Shown here in pieces: positions 1-8,313 of a stretch of DNA of 38,933 nucleotides (within the stretch, counting starts at the first letter, position 1; each line of letters begins with the position of its first letter). The stretch is from Spirogloea muscicola (lineage: Eukaryota): contig WELB01000003.1 in NCBI GenBank assembly GCA_009602725.1, positions 112,999-151,931 on the forward strand. Direction: 5' to 3'. The translations under genes were made by a program, and so were the position numbers. The notes beneath the pieces are model-generated. The model had not been told where the DNA came from. It did no database searches and saw only the letters and a program-made list of their open reading frames with translations.

Positions 1-46
1 AACCCCAAACCCCACACCCTAAACCCTAAACCTCAACCCTAACCCC
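1..46. repeat. Degenerate plant-type telomere-like repeats (CCCTAAA/CCCTAA variants)
   Basis: aaccccaaaccccacaccctaaaccctaaacctcaaccctaacccc at the window start; two perfect CCCTAAA units plus variants. Confidence 0.6.
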
Positions 47-82
47 TGTAGAGAATATGAGAGATATGTTGATTTGTTTTCA

Positions 83-262
83 TATAGGCACTTCTAGTGG
101 GGGAATCTGCCCCGAAAAACTGTGCCTGTACATACAGGCACGTTCCTGTATCGAGTCACATTTGCCGGGGGAAAAAAGTGCTTCCCGCAAAATGGTGCCA
201 CTATCAAGGTTTTGCCCTAATGTGCCTATATCGAGAGGTGCCTATAACAAGGTTTGACTGTA
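83..262. mobile_element. Right end of a Tc1/mariner (pogo/Tigger-like) non-autonomous element
   Basis: Ends in ...TATAACAAGGTTTGACTG followed by TA (261-262); the reverse complement is TA|CAGTCAAACCTTGTTATA, a pogo/Tigger-type TIR start. Subterminal GTGCCT(A/G)TA motifs occur in both orientations (83-91, 122-141 palindrome, 222-230, 238-246). No left TIR is in the window. Confidence 0.55.
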
Positions 263-570
263 CAGAGTACTGGGGGTCCACTGCGCGGGCTGACCCGGCA
301 TTCAAACGTCCAAAAACCGGCGCAGCCTCCGCCGTCGCCTCCATCGCCGCCGCCGCCGCCGCGCCGACTCCGCCGCCGCGGCGGACATCGGCGACCGTTC
401 AACAGCCGGAGGGTCAGACCTTGGTGTGGTCGGCGTGCAACATTGGCTGCATTGCTTCCTCCGGCGCGCCCGTCGCAGGCCGAACCGGGCGCGGCTCGAG
501 GCAACGCCTTGCCCGCCGAATTACAACGACTGCTGGTGCCCGCGCGGCCGGCGCCGCCACGAGGCTCTCC

Positions 571-2362
571 ATGGTGGCCGCCGGCGCAGCCACGGACGCT
601 CCCGCGGCACGGGAGGCGATCACCATCAAGGGATCCACCGCGATCGTGACCGAGTTCTTCGGTGAGCAGCAGCAGCTCTGAGCACAGTGCGACTGCATGG
701 TGGCACTCCCGCCGCCTGCCTAGCGGTCTGCATCGCTCCGAAGTGTCACGGGCACGAACACTTTGCCAGCAGCTAAACGTGGTCAATGGCTCGGCATATG
801 TGCTGCGGCGGCGCCATCAATGGGCGTGGGGCTCTTGAAGGCTATGCTGTGAACAGGTCAGCTTTCTCAAAGAGCCATTTCTTGTCTCCACATGGGACTC
901 GGTATGGTGGTCAATCTCGTGCACGACGTCAGTCAAGTGATCTGCCATAGAGATGTCGAAGCAGAGGGCGGAAGCATGCGCACACCTTTCACTTACAGAC
1001 AAGTCGTCAACAGAGATAAATGATCAAGTTCTGTGTAGAACAGGGCTTGGAGTCTGAGGAGTCACTACACATTGTGCTTCGCTGAGCTGGGGGGTAGCAT
1101 GTTGTTGGGCAAAGCCAGCAGCCCAAGTGGCACGACTACTGCCCTCAGCATAGGTGCTCTGGCCGTCTATAGCCACACAAAAGCACCTCACAGGTGCTCC
1201 TGACAGTCTACACGGTCTTGCAGCATCCTGTACCAGCGAGGCATCTACCCCGAGGAGAACTTTGCACGAGTTCATAAATACGGCCTGTCAATGCTCACGT
1301 GCACTGACGCGCGTGTACGGGAGTACCTCACTGCTATCCTCGAACAGATTTCAAGTCAGTAAGCAAATCAAACTGGAGTGCATGGCACTGTTAGTTACGT
1401 TGGTAGGCCCTTGGCTTGTTGAAAATAGGTGCATACACCACAGAAGCTCTGGGGAATTGTGTTGCCTGCAGCCAGCCGTTCTGCAAGCGTCAGTGCGACT
1501 TTGTTCAGCTCCTGCAGAGCGCCATGCTTGGCTGCATTGTCTTCTCAATCTAGCCTTGCCCAGATTGGATGCTGAAGGGCACCCTGCAGAAGCTGGTCAT
1601 GGTGATTGCAAGCGTCCACACCAGGGAGGCACTGGAGCGATGGGTGTTCAATGTGGAGGCTGACAAGCCAGTGGGGAAGGATGGGTAAGCATTGAAGATC
1701 TCACAGCTGCTGCCACATAGTGCTATGGAGCCTAGGTGTGAGCCATGGATAGGTCCAGTCGCCAATGATGACCCCCTGTCTGGCAGTGCAGGGCTGCCAG
1801 ATGCAAGTCCGACAAAGAAATTACAAATGAAATCCAAGCCATTATACGTCAGATCACCGCCAGCGTGACATTTCTCCCGCTGCTGGAGGAGGCCTGTAAG
1901 TCTTAGCTACCCTCAAGACCTTGACCCCACCTGATGAGGACGATAAGGTTGTCTCAACAGCATTCATAATTTTATCTTAATCCAAGCCAAACTTCTTGAA
2001 TTGCACAGGCAGCTGGGTCTCCAAATTGACAGCCCCTTCTCGATTCATGTGAAGGCACATTTGACCTTCTGGCCTACACGGGGGTAGAGTCCCAGGTACC
2101 ATCAACATGGGAGGAGAGTGACGCTCGAATTATTGCCAACCCTCAGGAAGTCAAGTTGCGGTCCTTCAGCACTAAGGTACACCGCAAGACAGCAGCTGCT
2201 GTTTGGCTTCAACGGTTCCAGTATATGTTAAACATGGCTACAGCAAGGGCATGAAGCATTTGGTTGTAGATACCCTTTATTTTTGAGATTGATGTGGTTA
2301 TCTTTTTGCAGGTACACCATATTGATGCAGCAGTAGCATTCAAGACGGACGTAGATGAGTAG
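571..2362 (+). CDS. MAD2: Mitotic spindle checkpoint protein MAD2 (HORMA domain), 7 exons
   Basis: Exons 571-661, 841-856, 1224-1354, 1564-1684, 1792-1895, 2055-2176 and 2312-2362 join in frame via GT-AG introns: [33 protein letters not shown]...LQKLVMVI...LERWVFNVE...KSDKEITNEIQAIIRQITASVTFLPLL...CTFDLLAYT...WEESDARII.NPQEVKLRSFSTKVHHIDAAVAFK. Confidence 0.96.
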
Positions 2363-3385
2363 GCATCTACAAGCAGTTGGCTTGTAAGCAAGAGTTCTGG
2401 TCACTGCATCCTCACATCAGCCTCCAACTTTTCATGTCCTCACTGAAATCACTACCAGCTTCGGAGCCTCTCACCGCCACAGCAATATTGTCTAGGATGT
2501 TTACATCCACTAGATTGAAGCAGACATTGACAAGCATGTAGCTCCTGCAAGAAAGCATATGACAATTTCTGCAACAAAATGTCTTGTATATCAAGTTCTT
2601 TGTACAATCTCGCACGCCTTCCCTTGTGCACTTAAGTGTCAGGACCGTGCCTCATCACTGTACTCCCTTAGCAGTGCCTTGGCATGATTGGCTAGATATG
2701 CTCATGCTGTATGTTCTTGTTGAAATGATATGTTGGTCTGACACCAAAACTTCAAGTTACTGAAGTCGCCCGAGAAGGATGCCTTCCCCCTCTTGAACGG
2801 CTCCAGAGATGGATCTTGGTCATGCGGGAGAACTCCATTGTAACCCAGCATGACCACCTTATACATGAAGAGATTGGTGGTTGCAGTATGGGAAGTATCC
2901 AACAGAAGCCCGTCTCTCAACGTCAGCCATCCAAATGGTCCGACCACCAGGTCTTCATCTGACACGCTCGTCAGAAGTTTTGCACCTCATCGATCTGACC
3001 TGACCACGGAATCCACAAGCATGGGGGTGATGCTGTATGCTGTGTGCTGTATGTCAAGCTTACAATAGGACATCTTTTAACATGCCGACTGATATATGCA
3101 CCGCCTTTTTCCTCTGCGCCAGCCATCAAGAAGGTGTTCAAGGACTGACCATGAGTCAACCAACAACTCATCAGGTAGTTATTCAGGTGCTAGGGGCTTG
3201 AGGCAGCCTCATTGATGCTGAAGGAGGAAATTTGCAGGTCAGGGATTATGTTTGTTGAATATAGAAATATGGTGAATCAGTGGGCCGGCAGAATCACCCA
3301 TTCCGCTCATTCTGCTAGGCCGATGAGAGTCTCCCTAGATAAGGAAGGCCCCGGCAGATGACATTATTGGCCCGAACAATCTTGT

Positions 3386-3565
3386 GGCTCTGAGTGCGGC
3401 GAGGCGGCGCTGTGTGCGCGGCTGCTCTGTGCGGCGAGGCGGCGCTGTGTGCGCGGCGGCTCTGTGTGCGACTAGGCGGCGCTGCGTGCGCGGAGGCGCT
3501 GTGTGCGGCAAGACGGTGCTGTGTGTGCGGCCGGGTGGAGCTGAGTGCTCGCCGGCTCTGTGTGT
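3386..3565. repeat. GC-rich minisatellite, ~35-37 bp unit, ~4-5 decaying copies
   Basis: Repeated gcggcgaggcggcgctgtgtgcgcggc(t/g)gctctgt units with progressive divergence. Confidence 0.8.
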
Positions 3566-3606
3566 AATCAGGCAAGCCTTTGTGTTACTCTGAGCTCTTT
3601 GTGATC

Positions 3607-6127
3607 ATGTCTGCGTCTGCGTCCGCATTTGCACCAAGACGAGAACGATCTGCCGGTCCTCCTACCTCAAGACAGGAAGTGGCTGTAAGGCATGAAGGAC
3701 AGGTACAAAATGTAGATCGTGAACAGCAGGTTCAGGTTGCAGATCAAGAAAGGCGAGGGCAGGCAGAGCAAGAATCGTTACAACGTCCACCTCATCTAAG
3801 TGTATATGCTTTTATGAAATCATGCCCTTATGCTATGCAGTGCATCTCATGCGCTACCGCCACAGCCTTTCTCCAGCGTTTCTCCTCGCATCCAGCCAAC
3901 CCTCAGCCTCGTATTTGCACTTATTTCCAGAACGGGTTGGAGGAGAGTTATGCCATCCAATCTCTAGCAGGCGACTTTTGTCCACTCATATACCCTGGAT
4001 GTGAAGGCCGCTCTTCAAGTTACTCCCCAAGGAGTGCATAACGTTACCTTCCCGCTCTGACAGGCAGGTAGTCCCTCTCGTCTAACCCTCAAACCTCAAA
4101 TGGCCGGGAGTGCTGTTACTTCAGAACGAGTGCCCAGGGGCAAGCAAGCAAGCAAGCGTGCGCTTTAACATTCCACACCGTTTGGAAGTGCAAACGGTGC
4201 CTGTTATCTTGCATGATCGTATCGTGTCTACCGTTTGGGAGGCCCAAACGGTGCTGGTAACTCTGCCACACCCCTTGTAGCTAAGTAGCGGTCCGAGGCT
4301 CTTGGCTTTCGCACCGCACGTGCACGCGGCATCGTCCGCCAACCGTATCGTCCGAGAGCGCTCTGCTTCGCTCGCGCCCGGCATCGTCCGGCAGAGTCGT
4401 CGTATTCCCCTTGTCAGGAGAGGACCTTGAATTTGGGGCGACCTTCGTCTGACCCTCGGGGGAGAGGGACCTTTCAGTCAATCTGGCCGCGCTTTCTTAG
4501 CTTTCCACAGGGGAAGGTGGAGGGCTGGGAGATGGAAAGCTATCAGTGGTGAGCCGAGGCCAGACTGATCAGTCGGACTAGTGACGCCCAGAGAGAGGCA
4601 CAGCCCCAGCTTGCCTGCTGCCGCAGCCACCGCAACAACTCTGCTGCTGCTGCCTGCTGCCCAGCCCGTAGCCGCAGCTCGTGCGCTGCCGACATCGCCG
4701 GCTCTCTCTGTGAGTACTGTGGCTGCGTCCCATGTCGGGACAGCTTGTAAAGCAGACCCCCCGTGGAGTCACCGCCTTCTGGCGGTGCCTCAGGGTAACA
4801 TTTCCGCTGCGCTGTGTGCGCGAGTTCGCTGTGGATGGCGTTCCACTCTGTAAGAGGGTTGTCTCCCAAACACCTATCCGAAACCCAAAGAGGACGTCTG
4901 ACCCCAAGTTTGTGTGTAGGGGTAGGAACGTTACGTGCGCTGACAACCCACCTTGACTGGACCTGCGAAGCCCTCAAGCCCAGCTTCAACTCCTAGAGCC
5001 CCTGGTTCTGGCCCAGCACCCCGCTAGTCGCGGCGATGTCCACCTATGAAGCTACCTCCTGCCTGAACACTCCAGTGACTTGATGTAATCCCCTTCAAGC
5101 CACTCGCACCGTGCGGCGTCTTTCACACTGTAGCGAGCATGGCAGCCGGTCTCACGGCCTCCCTGTCCAAAGGAACTCCCCGAGGCCACACGAGAGCTGG
5201 CCGATGATCCGGCGTGCTTATTGGGCCCAACAAAATAAAACTCTAATTGCAGGACGCAGCGCCTCCCTGGACGCGGATGCGCTTACAGGAGCACGGAATA
5301 CAACCTCCTCCCACACCTCTGATGACTCTCATGGAGGCCGTCGGACCATCTGACATCGACACTGAAGCCCTTATCAGAGCTGGGCCCACAAAGCGCTTCT
5401 ATACAGATGTGCTACACCAATGCCATGCTTACGCTTTGTTCAATCTCACTGAAGCGAGGGTGGACGCCGCCTACGATGCCGAGGTGCGTCGCCTTGCAAC
5501 AGTAAAGTCGAGGCAGGATGTGTTGCTTCTTCCTCCAGCAAAGGGCGATGAGGACTGCGGTCGCTTCTCGCATGGAGGCAATGGGAGGCGGGTCCACGGA
5601 AGCCCACCGACGTCAGCTTCTGGGTGGCAGCTCAAACACTGGATCGCTTGCAGGAAGTTCTCGAGTGGGTCCGCTGTGACTGGATTCTCTCAGATGCCAT
5701 AACCAAAGACGAAGACGACGCAATGCCTTGGACCCCTTGGTCCCATTGGACCACACCTACATGTGCTTATGGCACATGGAATGACCGTTGGCACATTTAC
5801 AGAGACGCTAAAGAGGGTCCAGGCGGACGAAGAATTCCGGCGCAGGTGGCCAGTCAAGAGATAGACTCTGTGACCGCGGCGTTGACGGGTGATGACGAGC
5901 GAGTTTGGAAGTATGGGTGCCTGTTGACGTGCTCCGTCTTGACCTCAGAAGGGCTCATGATGAGCTTGAGATGGCCAGTAGATGCACTTGATTTCATCCA
6001 AGACAAATTACTGATGTGCAGCTTAATCATGATACTGTGCTTGTTTACCTACCTCGCTAGCGTTCCTTCATTCCCATGCATATTACTTTCACACTTGCTT
6101 TGGTTGCTTGCCAGCGACATGGTCTAA
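3607..6127 (+). pseudogene. Decayed ORF of unknown function, interrupted by an insertion, stops and frameshifts (possibly transposon-derived)
   Basis: Protein-like frames at 3607-4037, 4935-5083, 5247-5600 and 5624-6127 are all on +. Removing 4038-4934 plus one GTGC restores reading ...YSPRSALTTHLDWTCEALKPSFNS*SPWFWP... No family recognised. Confidence 0.35.
4038..4934. mobile_element. ~897-bp non-coding insertion (solo-LTR-like or MITE-like) with 4-bp GTGC target-site duplication
   Basis: GTGC flanks both sides (4034-4037, 4935-4938). The termini are imperfect inverted repeats (ataacgttaccttccc / ggggtaggaacgttac). Excision re-joins an ORF in frame. Confidence 0.5.
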
Positions 6128-6310
6128 ATTGATGTATAACACTAGCATAAGTCACCTCCTTTCCTGCTAATCGGCCCTATCGATATCGGATGGCATTTTT
6201 GATCGTATTGCATTTCCCTGTGTACAAAAGCATAGCGAAAGTCACAGAAGTGCTTCAGACACAGCTTGCTCAATGCTTGAGCGAAATGCCTCTACATAAA
6301 AGTACGTCAC

Positions 6311-7986
6311 TTACACAAGTTTGGAGGTAGACATCTGTCTCCGAATCACTACTGGAAGGAAAGAGAGCCCTGCAATTAACACAACAGTCAGAATCGTTTG
6401 TGCATCGTACAGATCTCTAACTGAATTCAGTCGTGAAAGAATCCTGCCGGCCTTTATCTGCACCCAGCTCCCAGGTATGGAGCCCAACAGATTGGCGAGA
6501 AAGAATGGTCTGCACAACAAGGATACAAGAACTTTCACTCGCCAAGTACTTGATGGAAACGCAAGAAAATGTGGGCAATTCAACGCAAGGTCATAACACA
6601 GGATGACATGCTGTTTGCAAGTAGCTGGATGGAGCAATTAGATTGGCAGGACCTAGCAAGATGTGGACAGGCATCGTGCAAGACCAGCCTAATCAGAGGC
6701 AGTGCTGCAGGGCATAGCAGAGATTCTTGGAGCAGGAGTAAAGGAGGGGACCTGAAGGGTACGGAGATGAGGGGAGAGCCGACATTGACAAACCAATTGG
6801 GCAAGACCTGCGTGATGCGCAGTACGAGCATGTAGTTGACGAGGCTGTGGCGGTGCTTGTGCACCTCACGGCTGAGCGCCTCGCACTTGGCAGGGAAGTA
6901 GTGGTACACAATGTCGCGGAGAACCAGGCTGGACAAGTAGTAGCACAGGGATGAACCCAGCACCACGAGGACCTGCGATTCACGCCAGGGCCACGAGAAC
7001 CTCTTGTGAGACGGCAAGCGAGGAGAGGCTGCGGTCAGCTCAGCGCCGACAAGCTTGCCGCAGCCCCTGCAAAGAGCAGATGCTCTGTCAGCCTGGCCAA
7101 GACTATGCTATGGCAGCGAAGCTTGCCGTTATGAGTGCAAGGGCCTCGTAGAAGTCGAAGAGGGAGCCAGCGAGGAGGTTGAGGAAAAGGCAGCCCGGCA
7201 CGACGAACGTCTGAAGGAAGAGGTAGAGGCAGGAGAAGCCGACCACTACCTGGCGCAGCCATGCCAGTTCTTGCGCACCCAATTGAGTCACACAAAGTAT
7301 TGGCAAGAATGGCTAATCGCACTCGCCACCTGGCAATCTGGTCTTGCTAGGTGCCGAGTGCCCAGAAGGGGCTCTTGCTGCCAAGCGCTCCAACGTTGCG
7401 ACATGACAAGCTCTTGGGTGTGGGGATGTAGGTGACGGTTAGGTTTACATTTAGGGTTTAGGGCCCGCCCACGGCAGGCGCTGCTCCTCTACTGTTGCCG
7501 CACCTGTGTCTCATACTGGTCGCCATAGAGGTCCAGCGTCGAGCGCACAGCCCGGAGCTCCACCAGGTTGCGCGGCACCCGCAGCAGCAGGGGCTCGGCA
7601 GGCGTCACCGCCGTCGTCGCCGCAAGCTCGCTGGCGGCGGCGCCATCGCTGGCAAGCGCGCTCTGCAGGGTGTTGACCTGCCACCGGCAGTGCGTCGCAA
7701 GCAATTGGGCACCGCTGGCAGGGCAAGCAGTGGCTCTCTGAGAGGGTCCCGAGGCAAAGGAGTAACATGGGGCGTCCAGTCCATGGCGGCGGGCGGATGT
7801 ACGTTGGGCAGGCTGGCGGCGATGGCAAGGAGCCCGGCGAGGGAGCCGAGGAAGGCAGCGGCGAGGAGCAGCAGCTTGCGGGCCCATTGCCGCCGGTCGG
7901 GCTTGAGGTCGGCCAGCCCGCTCAAAATGACGGGCTCGGCGCCGCCGCGGCCGAGCAGGCAGCTTCCGACGCAGCCGGCGGTGGAA

Positions 7987-8019
<33 letters not shown>

Positions 8020-8245
8020 TCCGCAGGCTCAGCCACCTCGAGCACGACGTCGCGATCGCCAAGCTCGTTGACAAGCTCTGCGCCACAAGCGGCAGGGAGC
8101 GCGTGAGCCGCCGCCGCCGCCGCCGCCGCCGACGCCGGAGCGCCCGCACAGCACTTGAGCACACGTTCACAGCGCGGAAGGCGGCGGGCGCGGGCGCACT
8201 GGCGTCGTGCCGGCGGTCGACGAGGACGGCCGGCTCGTCCAGCAT
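6311..8245 (-). CDS. TMEM41/TVP38-type VTT (SNARE-associated, DedA superfamily) membrane protein
   Basis: Spliced product: LRVPRNLVELRAVRSTLDLYGDQY...YLFLQTFVVPGCLFLNLLAGSLF...GSSLCYYLS...LVNYMLVLRITQVLPNWFVNVGSPLISVPF..FFLANLLGSIPGSWVQIKAGRILSRLNSVRDLYD...MSTSKLV*, typical of plant TMEM41-like proteins. ATG at 8245 and first intron (GTGCGC donor) are inferred. Confidence 0.88.
7438..7463. repeat. Interstitial telomere-like/telo-box repeat (TTTAGGG x2) in an intron of the TMEM41-like gene
   Basis: gttaggtttacatttagggtttaggg. Confidence 0.6.
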
Positions 8246-8313
8246 CGCGGCCGCTGCACNAACGGTGGCGTGACGGAAGGCAATTAGTAATACCCCTCCG
8301 GACCGCTCCTTTC

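Noticed and set aside
295..402. MSA-like (ACCGTT) and CHR-like (TTCAAA) motifs upstream of MAD2
   Set aside because: Single 6-mers are expected by chance; plausible for a mitotic gene but not supportable from sequence alone.
2702..3260. Minus-strand ORFs of 87 and 66 aa downstream of MAD2
   Set aside because: No recognisable motif or consistent splice pattern; possibly decayed TE sequence but unsupported.
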